Shown here one piece after another: positions 25,873 to 35,448 of a stretch of 64,000 nt of DNA. Numbering within the stretch: position 1 is the first letter of the stretch; the number at the start of each line of letters is the position of its first letter. The stretch lies in contig JBGTAR010000117.1 in the NCBI GenBank assembly GCA_041749815.1, positions 5,559 to 69,558 on the forward strand, written 5' to 3'. Position numbers and translations under genes: made by a program. The DNA is from Terrimicrobiaceae bacterium. Its GTDB lineage: Bacteria > Verrucomicrobiota > Verrucomicrobiia > Chthoniobacterales > Terrimicrobiaceae. The notes beneath the pieces are model-generated. The model did no database searches, was not told where the DNA came from, and worked only from the letters and a program-made list of their open reading frames with translations.

Positions 25873-26877
25873 TTATTGGCTGGAATCTGGCCGGACTGAA
25901 AAAAATTGGTAGGTCCACGTCCACGTCTTCTCCTCCCCCGATTGGAGATCAATTTTCACGAACGGTTCCGGGCAGAGGACTTCTGGGGTCGCCCAGAAGA
26001 CGAGGGCTTGGAGATCATTTTCTAAAGTGATCTCCAGTTTGCCGCCGGTTTGAACATTGGCGACCGCAATACGGAGCGGAGACTGCTTCTGCGCTTTGGT
26101 CGTGAATGCCCAATTTGTCACGGAATCCAGTTCCTTTTGGAAACGCCAATGGGAGTTCTCACGGCCGAGCGGAGCGGGCACCTCGCCCTTCACCGGAAGT
26201 TCGGGGTCAACCTCGATCCTGTAGGCCGTCCCCACAGGAGTGCCGTCAATATTCAGGAAATTGTGACACATGTGGACGGTCTGAAAAGCGTGCCTTCCGA
26301 TATTTTTCAGGCGATGGGTCACGATGAGGGTTCCGGTCTTCCCATCGATCGAGACCGTTTTTTGATACCAAGCGCCGAGGTCGTTACGGATGCCAAGCTC
26401 ATGCGTGAAGCTGACGGAGTTTTCACTTTTCAGGGTTTTCCACACCCCGGCATCGACAATCGTGTAGGGCTTGAAGGAATTGTAGTGCTCGTCGGAGTCC
26501 TTTTGCAGCCATCCCACGCCGATTTTTAAAAAAAGGTCGCTGGGCTTGGCCGAGGCATAGCCGGGAGGGGCGATGGCGCCCTCCGTCGAGAGATCGAACT
26601 CCTCCGCCGGACCAGCGCCGTGATTGATCTCCGGGTAGTCCGGGCTTGCCCACTCCGAGAAATACTCGTGGCCTTGGTAATGCACCGACGAAATCATGCC
26701 GGACCAATCGAAGCGGGTTCCGCGGTAAAATCCGTGCTCGGTGTCCGGCCGGAAAGTCACCACCCGCATGGAGCCGCTTTCCAGGACTTCCGTGGGAGGC
26801 GGCGGCGATTTCTCCGAACCGCTTGCGCAGAGGCTCCCGGCAAGCATAAAGAAAATCCCATATCTGATCTTGTTCAT
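25873..26877 (-). CDS. Secreted hypothetical protein, galactose-mutarotase-like (aldose-epimerase supersandwich) suspected
   Basis: I place the start at MNKIRYGIFFMLAGSLCASG (signal peptide). HMCHNFLNIDG and VLCPEPF resemble mutarotase-like fold motifs. This is a weak, motif-only call. Confidence 0.5.
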   Translation of the reverse strand: MNKIRYGIFFMLAGSLCASGSEKSPPPPTEVLESGSMRVVTFRPDTEHGFYRGTRFDWSGMISSVHYQGHEYFSEWASPDYPEINHGAGPAEEFDLSTEGAIAPPGYASAKPSDLFLKIGVGWLQKDSDEHYNSFKPYTIVDAGVWKTLKSENSVSFTHELGIRNDLGAWYQKTVSIDGKTGTLIVTHRLKNIGRHAFQTVHMCHNFLNIDGTPVGTAYRIEVDPELPVKGEVPAPLGRENSHWRFQKELDSVTNWAFTTKAQKQSPLRIAVANVQTGGKLEITLENDLQALVFWATPEVLCPEPFVKIDLQSGEEKTWTWTYQFFSVRPDSSQ

Positions 26878-26903
26878 GAAAATTGTGGGTGTCTTTTTGA
26901 CTT

Positions 26904-26923
26904 GCATTTAACTAATTAAATGC
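26904..26923. promoter_or_regulatory. Candidate operator: 8-4-8 perfect inverted repeat in a divergent promoter region
   Basis: In gcatttaa-ctaa-ttaaatgc the arms are exact reverse complements. It lies between the divergent genes 25873-26877 (-) and 27028-30978 (+). Confidence 0.35.
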
Positions 26924-27027
26924 TTTTATTCTCCAGTGCCAAGGAATTTTGCCGATCTGAGACTGGCTTTTTAGCCTTTTGATGCGTTCTCCAAATTCTG
27001 AAGAACTATTTAGGTCCCCCAGCTTCT

Positions 27028-30000
27028 ATGAAATCCACCCAATCTCGCCTCCTGCCCCCCCTCATTGTCATGTGCCTGCTTGCCATTTCCTCCATCGGAT
27101 TAGCCCAAACCTCGCCGAAGGAAGTTGCAACCAGTGCCGACTTCTACGCCCCTTTCGACGGGAGCACCGTGGCGACGAACAATGCCGAGCGCGAGGTGAA
27201 GCCCTCCTTGGAGCAGGCCCTGACCTTTGTTCCGGGCATCAAAGGCCAGGCGGTTTTTGTGGGGGGAAACGGAGAAACGGACTGGGCGGAGGCTCCGGCA
27301 CTGGAATACCCGTCCGACTCGCTGTTTGAATCCGCCGCAGGGACAGTGATGTTCTGGGTGCAGCCCGATTGGAATGGCACGACCTCCCCGCTCAACAACC
27401 TTTACCGGTTTTTCTATGCCGGCGAGCGGTGCAATATGTTTATGTATGCCTGGCTTCGCGCGGATCTGGGCGTGGTTCCGCAACCCGGAATGGAGAACGA
27501 CATCGCAAACCTTGTCAGCCCGGTGCGCGGCTCCTGGCGGAAGGGCGATTGGTGGCACTTGGCACTGAGTTGGGACAGCACCGGATGGTCCAAGCTCTAT
27601 GTGAACGGCATGCCGTTCACGACCGGTTTCGGCTACCGCTCCGGACCACAACTGATGCGACAGGCCTTGGACCTTGGCAACATTGACAAATTCGCGGTCG
27701 GAAGCTCTTTTCAGAATTCGCCTTTTTCCAACATGCGGGGCAATGCCGCATTCGATGAATTCAAAGTGTATCGGAGAGCGCTTTCCGATGATGAGATTGT
27801 TGCGGACTATCGCAGGTTCATGCCGGTGGATATCGTTTTTGAACGCCGATTCCTCCGGGCCGGTGAGTCTGAGCAGCTCTCTCTGGACATCTGGCCAGGG
27901 GGGCAGATGATCCGTCCCCCGGTCGGCCAGCAGGTGCCGACACCGGTCACTCTTGGACTCGATCTCATTGTTCGCCAGCAGGATACCGACTTGGAAATCA
28001 CGGAACACTTCGACCTGACGATTGAGCAACTCAAAACCCTCACCCTCCCGTTGCCGAGCCTCGAAGAAGGCCGATACGAACTGACTTGCAAGATTTCCTA
28101 CGGCGGGGGGACGTATCAGACAAACTACCCATTTTTCGCATTCACTCAACTAGCCGCCGCCCCGCCCTCGCAGGAACCGCTCCAACTGGGAGAGCCGATC
28201 CTGACGATCGATTGCACCAAAGAGACGGCGATCGCGAGCGGTGAAACCACGGTCCAGACTCCCGACGGCGTGGATGCCTACCGGGAATCATCCCCGGATC
28301 GGGACTCACGTTTTTCCTATGTGTTGGATCTCAAAGACTCCGGCCCATGGAAGGGGCAACCCATGATGCTGGAAGTCTATTGGCCGGATGACAAACCCCG
28401 CACGATGGGACTGTATTTGTATTCCAAGACCAGCGACAAGCAGGACGACCGCGACCGGCTGGCTGGAGGCGTCCAGAGCGGCAACGAGTATGCGCTGAGT
28501 GGGAAAACCCAGGTGACCCGCTATCTCTTCTATCCGTGGATGAAGAATTACCTCTTCGAGGCTCGGACCATCGTGCGCGATATGCCAGCGGCCGTTTCAA
28601 AGATTGTGGTGCGCCCGGTGATCGGCCGCCTTCCGAATCTGGCCATCAACAAACCCAAGGATCTGCCAGGGCGGTATTTTGGCAACCTCGACGAAGACCA
28701 GTCGTTCGACGTGCTGATGACTTTAGATATGAAAGGGATTCAGGAGCGACGCCGCGTCCACCTGATGGAGATGCTTCTCGATTACATGGACTACACGGGG
28801 CAAAACATTTTCAGCTACGCCTTTGTCCGCTATGGGGATGTCAATTATGAAATGCCCGGCCTCATGACGGGGGGAGACTATTTTTACCAGATCGCCGGAT
28901 GGCGGATGCTTCTTTTGGACATGCTGGAACGTCGCGGGAAAAAGTTCAACATGATCATCAATCAACACTCGATGGATGAACTGAACAAGGTGCCCGACCG
29001 GCATGATGAGCTTCTGTCATCGAACTACTTTCAGATCGATCGACAAGGGGAAACCGTCAAGAAATTTGGAGACCGACTGGCTGGCAATCCCCTGCACCCG
29101 CAATTTCGCAAAGAATTGCTGGGGCACATGGACGAACTCCTTCGGAGATTCGGCAACCATCCGGCCCTGCTGGGCATCGACCTCTGGACAAGTTCGGTCG
29201 GGGTCGGCGTGGACTGGCTCATGACCGATCTCAAAACCGGATACGACGATCTGACCATGTCGCTTTTTGAAAAAGACACTGGGATCCAAGTGCCAAACGA
29301 GGGCGACGACCGCTTCGGGAAGCGCTTCGCCCTGCTCACCGGCACCCACCGCACGGAGTGGCTCGCGTGGCGCGCAAAGAAAAACACGGCGATTCTGGAC
29401 GAACTCGCCGAGCGCGTCCGTGCGACGAACCCCAGTCTGACCCTCAACGTGGTGGTCTGCGGAGATCCCATGGAAGGCTCGACCGATGATCTCACTTCAG
29501 ATGCGCTCGATTTCTCTCAATATTACTTCGAGAGCTACGGGCTGGACCTCCCGGCGCTTCGGAAGATGGCTGGCGTTGTCGTCACCCCGATGCGATTTTC
29601 CACCGGCTACCGCTGGTGGTTGCACCGGAATAATCAGATCAGCACCGTGGATGAACTGCGCGCCGACATGACGCGGCAGAGCATTTTCCGCTACCCTTCA
29701 GGAAGCCACGTCTATAGCTACCCGGCCTACTTCGAGTCCTACACGAACTCGCTCCTGCCGGAGGATTACAACTGCATGTTTCAAAGTGCGGACATCAAAC
29801 CTCATGGACGGTTTTTCCTTGAGGAACTGAGCCAGGATGTCGGGTCGGTGGATCCTGCTGTCATCCTGATCGGCTCACAGCCATTGGGAACGAGCGGACG
29901 CGATGACGAATCGCGCGAGTTCTCAAGGGCGTTTTTGGCGCTACCGCAGGGAGATTTTCAAGACATGGACGGGCTGGCGGATCCGGTGATCGGGCGATAT

Positions 30001-30978
30001 TTGGAAACCCCCGAAGGCACCTTCCTTTATCTCCAGAACATGATTGCCGCCGACGTGGAGGTGGATCTGGCCCCGCCGCAAGGGGCCGCGATCACCAACC
30101 TGTCCAACGGCCAGGAGGTCAAACCGGGAGCGGCTGTCTGGACGATCTTCCTCAAGCCTTATGAGCTTCAGTCCTTCAAGCTGTCGAAAAGCACTCCCCT
30201 CGCGCTCAAGGCGATTCGCCTCCCGGAAGGCTTCGCCAAACCCTACACCGAAACGGCGGCCAAAGCGGAAGCGAACCTCGCACTGATTGCCAAGGCCGGT
30301 GGAGACACCTCCACCTACCGGGAAAAAATCGATGCGCTCAACCTCGCCATCAAGGAAAACCGGATGGCGGAGGCCCACCGACTCGCATTCAGCAAGATCT
30401 TCCAGCAAATGCCGTTGCAGGCCGAGGAAGCCAGAACCGGATGGCTCAAACTGCAAAACAAAATGATCGCCGAGGGCAAATACGCGATCAACTGCGGCAG
30501 CCAAGCGTATTACTTTATGGACGAGTCGAGAAAACTCTTCTTCCCCGACCAAAAATACCTGCCCGGCGGCCACGGGTTTGTCGGGAGCCACAAGTCCGGG
30601 GCTCACGACATCAGCGTCCTGGATCGCTCCTCCTTCGACCCCTTTCTGATGGCCTCGGAGGCTTATGATGTCGAGGGGTATGCCTTCACAGTTCCCAATG
30701 GCACCTACACGGTGAAAATGCACAATTGGATCGGATTCGAGCCCGATGCCGCTCCCGGGAAAGTGATCATGTCAATGGACATCCAAGGCCAGCGTGCCTG
30801 GGACAAAATGGATCTCTTCGAGGCTCAAGGACGAGATCGCAGCAAAGCCCTCGTCTCGGAGTTCAAAGACGTCGCCGTCACCGATGGCGTCCTGCGCATC
30901 GATTGGAAACCCGTCAACAACCGCCTCGGCTGGTGCAACGCCATCGAAATTTATCCCCAGACGCTGGAAAGCCCCTGA
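27028..30978 (+). CDS. 1,316-aa secreted protein: N-terminal LamG-like, large unknown middle region, C-terminal malectin-like carbohydrate-binding domain
   Basis: Signal peptide MKSTQSRLLPPLIVMCLLAISSIGLA. LamG_3-style AAFDEFKVYRRALSDDEI. C-terminal YAINCGSQAYY...GYAFTVPNGTYTVKMH...MSMDIQGQ...DGVLRIDWKP is malectin-like. Confidence 0.7.
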   Translation: MKSTQSRLLPPLIVMCLLAISSIGLAQTSPKEVATSADFYAPFDGSTVATNNAEREVKPSLEQALTFVPGIKGQAVFVGGNGETDWAEAPALEYPSDSLFESAAGTVMFWVQPDWNGTTSPLNNLYRFFYAGERCNMFMYAWLRADLGVVPQPGMENDIANLVSPVRGSWRKGDWWHLALSWDSTGWSKLYVNGMPFTTGFGYRSGPQLMRQALDLGNIDKFAVGSSFQNSPFSNMRGNAAFDEFKVYRRALSDDEIVADYRRFMPVDIVFERRFLRAGESEQLSLDIWPGGQMIRPPVGQQVPTPVTLGLDLIVRQQDTDLEITEHFDLTIEQLKTLTLPLPSLEEGRYELTCKISYGGGTYQTNYPFFAFTQLAAAPPSQEPLQLGEPILTIDCTKETAIASGETTVQTPDGVDAYRESSPDRDSRFSYVLDLKDSGPWKGQPMMLEVYWPDDKPRTMGLYLYSKTSDKQDDRDRLAGGVQSGNEYALSGKTQVTRYLFYPWMKNYLFEARTIVRDMPAAVSKIVVRPVIGRLPNLAINKPKDLPGRYFGNLDEDQSFDVLMTLDMKGIQERRRVHLMEMLLDYMDYTGQNIFSYAFVRYGDVNYEMPGLMTGGDYFYQIAGWRMLLLDMLERRGKKFNMIINQHSMDELNKVPDRHDELLSSNYFQIDRQGETVKKFGDRLAGNPLHPQFRKELLGHMDELLRRFGNHPALLGIDLWTSSVGVGVDWLMTDLKTGYDDLTMSLFEKDTGIQVPNEGDDRFGKRFALLTGTHRTEWLAWRAKKNTAILDELAERVRATNPSLTLNVVVCGDPMEGSTDDLTSDALDFSQYYFESYGLDLPALRKMAGVVVTPMRFSTGYRWWLHRNNQISTVDELRADMTRQSIFRYPSGSHVYSYPAYFESYTNSLLPEDYNCMFQSADIKPHGRFFLEELSQDVGSVDPAVILIGSQPLGTSGRDDESREFSRAFLALPQGDFQDMDGLADPVIGRYLETPEGTFLYLQNMIAADVEVDLAPPQGAAITNLSNGQEVKPGAAVWTIFLKPYELQSFKLSKSTPLALKAIRLPEGFAKPYTETAAKAEANLALIAKAGGDTSTYREKIDALNLAIKENRMAEAHRLAFSKIFQQMPLQAEEARTGWLKLQNKMIAEGKYAINCGSQAYYFMDESRKLFFPDQKYLPGGHGFVGSHKSGAHDISVLDRSSFDPFLMASEAYDVEGYAFTVPNGTYTVKMHNWIGFEPDAAPGKVIMSMDIQGQRAWDKMDLFEAQGRDRSKALVSEFKDVAVTDGVLRIDWKPVNNRLGWCNAIEIYPQTLESP

Positions 30979-31028
30979 TCACCTTGGATGCAACCCTGTT
31001 GAAACGACATCCGCGCTCGTTGTTTCGG

Positions 31029-33284
31029 TCAGTTTCCTGAAAAACCTGCCATCAAATCGCCAATGGTATCTCCCCAGGAGCTTTTAAGGTCTTGGGCATC
31101 CCAGGAAATTGTCAGCCCGGCAACCTCGATTTCGAGCGTGGGGTCTTTCGTCACCGATCCCAAACGCAGAACATCGATCCCCCGCCAGGAGAGCAACGCC
31201 TCCACGGCAGCGGCATTTTTTGCGCCAACCGAGATGAGAGCACGGGATTGGGACTCATTGAAGAGAATCACATCCGTCCGCTCCGATGAAGCTGGAATGC
31301 GAACTTTTGCTCCTTGGACAACATCACTTGAAATTGAACATTCCGCCAAAGCCACGGCCAGCCCACCCTCGCTGCAATCATGGGCAGATTTGATCAGGCC
31401 CATACGAATCACAGCGCGCAGCGCGTCGTGCAGGGCGATTTCCTTGTCATAATCCAGTGCGGGAGGCGCCCCCTTTTTCTGGCCATGAACAGCCAGCAAA
31501 TAATGAGAAGCGCCGATTTCATGGCCCAATCCCCCAAGCAAAAAGATCACATCGCCGGGATCCTTGAAGGCCTGGGTCGTGATGTGGGCCGCCTTGGCGA
31601 TGAGGCCGACCATGCCAACGGTCGGCGTCGGGTCGATGGCCCCTGCAGGGCTTTGATTGTAGAGGCTCACATTTCCACCGGTGACAGGCGTTTCAAAGCG
31701 CCGGCAGGCCTCGGCGAGTCCCTCGACGGATTCGCGGAGTTGAAGAAAGTTTTCTGGACGGTGAGGATTTCCAAAATTTAGGTTGTCAGTCACCGCGATA
31801 GGAACCGCCCCCGAGCACGCAAGATTTCTGGCAGCTTCGGCCACCGCAATTTTTGCTCCCTCGCGGGGGTCTTGGAGGCAATAGATCGCATTACAATCCG
31901 TGGTCGCAGCAAGGAACTTGTCGGCTTCCCGCACATAAAACACGGCCGCATCCGAACCTGGTAAGACGGCAGCCCCCAAGCGCACCATGTGATCGTACTG
32001 GCGCCAAACCCAGCGTTTCGAAGCAATGCTGGGATGCGAGAGCAGGGAGATCAGCGCCGCCTCCAAGGCAGGTTTGTCCGGGGAAGCGATGTTCTCCAAA
32101 AGCGTGGCTGTATCGGAAGGGTGCGGCAGCGGTTTGGGTGCAGCGTCCCTCACATAAATGGGGGCATCGTCGGCCAGTTGCTTGGCTGGAATTTCCACAA
32201 CTGTTCTGCCGCCTTCTTTGACCCGCATGAACCCGTCATCTTTCACCTCGCCGACTTCGGCATAAGGAAGATCCCATTTTTCAAAAATCTCACGGACGGT
32301 GGCTTCCTGGCCCTTTTTGACAATGACCAACATGCGCTCCTGCGACTCGCTCAAAAGGATTTCGTAAGGCGTCATTCCGGTCTCACGCTTTGGCACAAGC
32401 TCCGTGTCAATCTCGACTCCCGTGCCACCCCGGCTTGCGGTTTCGCAGGTCGAGCAGGTCAGACCGGCAGCACCCATATCCTGGATCCCGGCGACGCACC
32501 CGCTGGCCAGCAACTCCAGACAGGCTTCCAGCAACAATTTTTCACGGAAGGGATCGCCCACTTGTACGGCAGGTCGATCTTCTTTGCTTTCTTCAGTCAG
32601 ATCCCGTGAAGCAAAGGCCGCGCCGGCCAATCCATCACGTCCGGTTTCAGCCCCCACATAAAACACCGGATTTCCAACACCGGACGCCGCGCCGCGGGCG
32701 ATTTCTTCATGACGCAAAATCCCAAGGCAAAACACATTCACGAGGGGGTTCCCTGCATAGGAATCATCAAAATAAACTTCGCCCCCAATGGTTGGAATCC
32801 CAATGCAATTTCCATAGTGGGCAATGCCCGAAACGACGCCTGCAAACAATCGACGATTTGTGGCACCCGCCTCGCCGCGAATGTCTCCAAACCGCAAGGA
32901 GTTCATAGAAAACACGGGGCGTGCTCCCATCGTAAAAATATCGCGAATGATTCCGCCAACTCCTGTGGCCGCGCCCTGGAATGGCTCGATGGCACTTGGG
33001 TGGTTGTGGCTCTCCATCTTGAATGCCACCGCCCAACCATCTCCGATATCAATGACCCCGGCATTTTCCTCACCGGCTTTCACCAGCACGCGGTCTCCCT
33101 CCGTCGGGAATTTCCGAAGTTCAGGTTTCGAGTTTTTGTAAGAACAATGCTCGCTCCACATCACGGAAAACACTCCCAGCTCCGTCAAATTAGGAGCCCG
33201 TCCAAGGATGCCTTCAATGCGGGCATATTCCTCCGGCGTGATGCCGTGTTTCTCGATCACTTCAGGTGTTATGTCAGTTGCCAT
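31029..33284 (-). CDS. purL: Phosphoribosylformylglycinamidine synthase subunit PurL
   Basis: The N-terminus ...[18 protein letters not shown], its 751-aa length and AIR-synthase-like repeats. Directly downstream of purQ and purS. Confidence 0.95.
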   Translation of the reverse strand: MATDITPEVIEKHGITPEEYARIEGILGRAPNLTELGVFSVMWSEHCSYKNSKPELRKFPTEGDRVLVKAGEENAGVIDIGDGWAVAFKMESHNHPSAIEPFQGAATGVGGIIRDIFTMGARPVFSMNSLRFGDIRGEAGATNRRLFAGVVSGIAHYGNCIGIPTIGGEVYFDDSYAGNPLVNVFCLGILRHEEIARGAASGVGNPVFYVGAETGRDGLAGAAFASRDLTEESKEDRPAVQVGDPFREKLLLEACLELLASGCVAGIQDMGAAGLTCSTCETASRGGTGVEIDTELVPKRETGMTPYEILLSESQERMLVIVKKGQEATVREIFEKWDLPYAEVGEVKDDGFMRVKEGGRTVVEIPAKQLADDAPIYVRDAAPKPLPHPSDTATLLENIASPDKPALEAALISLLSHPSIASKRWVWRQYDHMVRLGAAVLPGSDAAVFYVREADKFLAATTDCNAIYCLQDPREGAKIAVAEAARNLACSGAVPIAVTDNLNFGNPHRPENFLQLRESVEGLAEACRRFETPVTGGNVSLYNQSPAGAIDPTPTVGMVGLIAKAAHITTQAFKDPGDVIFLLGGLGHEIGASHYLLAVHGQKKGAPPALDYDKEIALHDALRAVIRMGLIKSAHDCSEGGLAVALAECSISSDVVQGAKVRIPASSERTDVILFNESQSRALISVGAKNAAAVEALLSWRGIDVLRLGSVTKDPTLEIEVAGLTISWDAQDLKSSWGDTIGDLMAGFSGN

Positions 33285-33960
33285 GAATCAAACTTTCAAA
33301 AATGACGCGTCCATCCGTGCTGCCCAAAAGTGCACCGCAGGCCCGCTCCGGGTGAGGCATCAGCCCAAACACATTGCGGGCCTTGTTGGTGATGCCGGCG
33401 ATGTTATCGCAGGACCCGTTTGGATTCGCGGCGGCGGTCGTACGGCCCTGCTCGTCGCAATAACGCAGCAAAATTTGATCGTTGGCCCTCAATTGCCTGA
33501 GCGTGTCTTCATCCGCAAAATAACACCCCTCCCCATGAGCCACGGGGATTCTCAAAATCCCACCCGTCAGTCCCGCGCTGGTGAATTTTGTGCCATGACG
33601 CTCCATCCGCACCCCCACATGCTCGCAAATAAAATGCAGGCCCTTGTTTCGCACCAAGGCCCCTGGCAACAACCCCGCCTCACACAAAATTTGAAACCCA
33701 TTACAAATCCCGATCACTGGTCCCCCAGCCGCAGCAAATGTTTTTACCGCGGCCATGATGGGTGAAAACCGCGCAATGGCCCCGCACCGCAGATAATCGC
33801 CATAAGAAAACCCTCCCGGCAAAATCACCGCATCGAATCCCTCCAGCGACGTGTCTTTGTGCCAGACGAAATCAGCTTCCACGCCTTCGAAACTCCGAAG
33901 GGCCAGCACACAATCCTGATCACAATTCGACCCCGGAAATCGGATGACAGCAACTTTCAT
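33274..33960 (-). CDS. purQ: Phosphoribosylformylglycinamidine synthase glutaminase subunit PurQ
   Basis: [16 protein letters not shown], nucleophile elbow GICNGFQIL and a C-terminal HPE. Confidence 0.95.
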   Translation of the reverse strand: MKVAVIRFPGSNCDQDCVLALRSFEGVEADFVWHKDTSLEGFDAVILPGGFSYGDYLRCGAIARFSPIMAAVKTFAAAGGPVIGICNGFQILCEAGLLPGALVRNKGLHFICEHVGVRMERHGTKFTSAGLTGGILRIPVAHGEGCYFADEDTLRQLRANDQILLRYCDEQGRTTAAANPNGSCDNIAGITNKARNVFGLMPHPERACGALLGSTDGRVIFESLIHGN

Positions 33961-34187
33961 CCCTCGATCCGGTAGTCCTCGATCACCGGGTTGGAAAGCA
34001 GATCCCTCGCGACCTCCTCCAGCTTGGCACGATCCGGAGCCTCATCGAACTCGATCTCAATCGACTTGCCCACACGCACCCGCCCCACCCCGGTCAACCC
34101 GGAATGCTTCATCGCCTCGGCCGTCGCGGCCCCCTGGGGGTCCAACACCGACGGCTTCGGAATCACAGTCACAACAACTTTTGCCAT
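33957..34187 (-). CDS. purS: Phosphoribosylformylglycinamidine synthase subunit PurS
   Basis: 76 aa. [19 protein letters not shown] is typical of PurS. ATGA overlap with purQ. Confidence 0.9.
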   Translation of the reverse strand: MAKVVVTVIPKPSVLDPQGAATAEAMKHSGLTGVGRVRVGKSIEIEFDEAPDRAKLEEVARDLLSNPVIEDYRIEG

Positions 34188-34368
34188 TCCCCCATGCTCC
34201 CGTTCCTCCCCTCACCAGACAAGCGCAAACTCACCAAAACCCAAAATTCCCTGATGTGACTGGCAGCACCCTGCGGTCACAATAGCCATAAGTCGGTGGG
34301 CGTGGGACTACCGCGTCCAACGCGCGAAGCGATCAAATGATAATAGGGCTTGGCAACTTGCCTCGCAC

Positions 34369-35355
34369 TTATGCTCTGCTTCTCTTGAAAGAGGTCTTGG
34401 TGTAGCCTCCAGTCTCTTCATGCTTCGGGAGGCTCAACTTCCATACTTCATTACTTAATGGTCTTGCATGCCCCCCGGCCAACCATATTTCGTCTTGAAA
34501 TACCCAAGCCGCTTGAGCATGGCGGCCAGACCAGATGGATGGAGTGTCCAGACTTGTCCAATTGATGCCGTCGGGCGAATACCAAGCATCTGCCCAGTCG
34601 TGAAACGGCTCTTTGGACCATCCCCCCAGAACCCAAAGGCAGTCCCGGTACACTAGTGCTGAAAACCAAAGGCGCGGTGCCCATGAGCAGTCCGTAGAGA
34701 CTTGCGTCCATTCGAGGCCATCGGCGGAACACCAAACATCATTAAATGCCTTATATTTGGGAAGGTAATTACCACCTCCAAGAACCCACATTTTATCTTG
34801 AAACACGACGACTTGGTGAAAAGCCCTCGGAACCCAAGGAGCCGATTCAAGGACCATTTGCCAATTTTTCCCATCGGTCGAGGACCAAACGTCATTCTTT
34901 TGATCGCAGACACTTCCTTGAAAGTAGTTTTGAACACCTCCAAAAACCCACATCTTTCCGACGAAAGATACGGCCGCGGCCCCGACCCGGGGCGACCATC
35001 CAGCGGACGAACACACAGAAGTCCACAACTCTCCATCAAAAGTCGACCAAACTTCGTTGCCCGGGGCACCATCCGGCATACGACCATTGTACCATCCTCC
35101 CATGACCCACAGCCGGTCAGCATGGCTTAATGCGATCGGGAAATCACTGAACTTCCATGGGGCAACATCAAGAGACAAATGCCAATTCAGGCCATCGGAA
35201 GAACTCCACACATCTCGTGGACAGGGAATCCATGAATCAAACCACCCCCCGAGAATCCAGACTTTTTCATTAAACACTGCGTATCCCATGGAGTCACGGG
35301 GCTTCCAGGGGGCGGAGCCAACATGAACCCAATCCGGGATGTGGCGTGTTCTCAT
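34369..35355 (-). CDS. Six-bladed beta-propeller protein with Kelch-like GG / Asp-box-like (S-x-D-G-x-x-W) repeats, no signal peptide
   Basis: Repeats SSSDGLNW, STFDGELW, SSTDGKNW, CSADGLEW and YSPDGINW, each preceded by W[VI]xGG. An in-frame TAA lies directly upstream of the ATG. Paralog of 45165-46211. Confidence 0.75.
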   Translation of the reverse strand: MRTRHIPDWVHVGSAPWKPRDSMGYAVFNEKVWILGGWFDSWIPCPRDVWSSSDGLNWHLSLDVAPWKFSDFPIALSHADRLWVMGGWYNGRMPDGAPGNEVWSTFDGELWTSVCSSAGWSPRVGAAAVSFVGKMWVFGGVQNYFQGSVCDQKNDVWSSTDGKNWQMVLESAPWVPRAFHQVVVFQDKMWVLGGGNYLPKYKAFNDVWCSADGLEWTQVSTDCSWAPRLWFSALVYRDCLWVLGGWSKEPFHDWADAWYSPDGINWTSLDTPSIWSGRHAQAAWVFQDEIWLAGGHARPLSNEVWKLSLPKHEETGGYTKTSFKRSRA

Positions 35356-35448
35356 TTATATGCGAAGTAACATACCTTGGAACATCACCCATTCCCGGAT
35401 GCGCCAAAGGCCTTCCAGGTGTGGATCGGTGAATGACTCCTGTTAAAT

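Noticed and set aside
25518-25952. 144-aa minus-strand ORF in the spacer upstream of the PEP-CTERM gene.
   Set aside because: Its 5' end overlaps the 3' end of the mutarotase-like gene (25873-25952). The composition is low-complexity and Arg-rich, with no motif. It is most likely non-coding spacer.
34188-34368. Possible purine/ZTP-type riboswitch upstream of purS.
   Set aside because: I could not find the conserved cores of the purine or ZTP (pfl) riboswitches on the minus strand. Only short generic hairpins are present. An Infernal scan would be needed to be certain.
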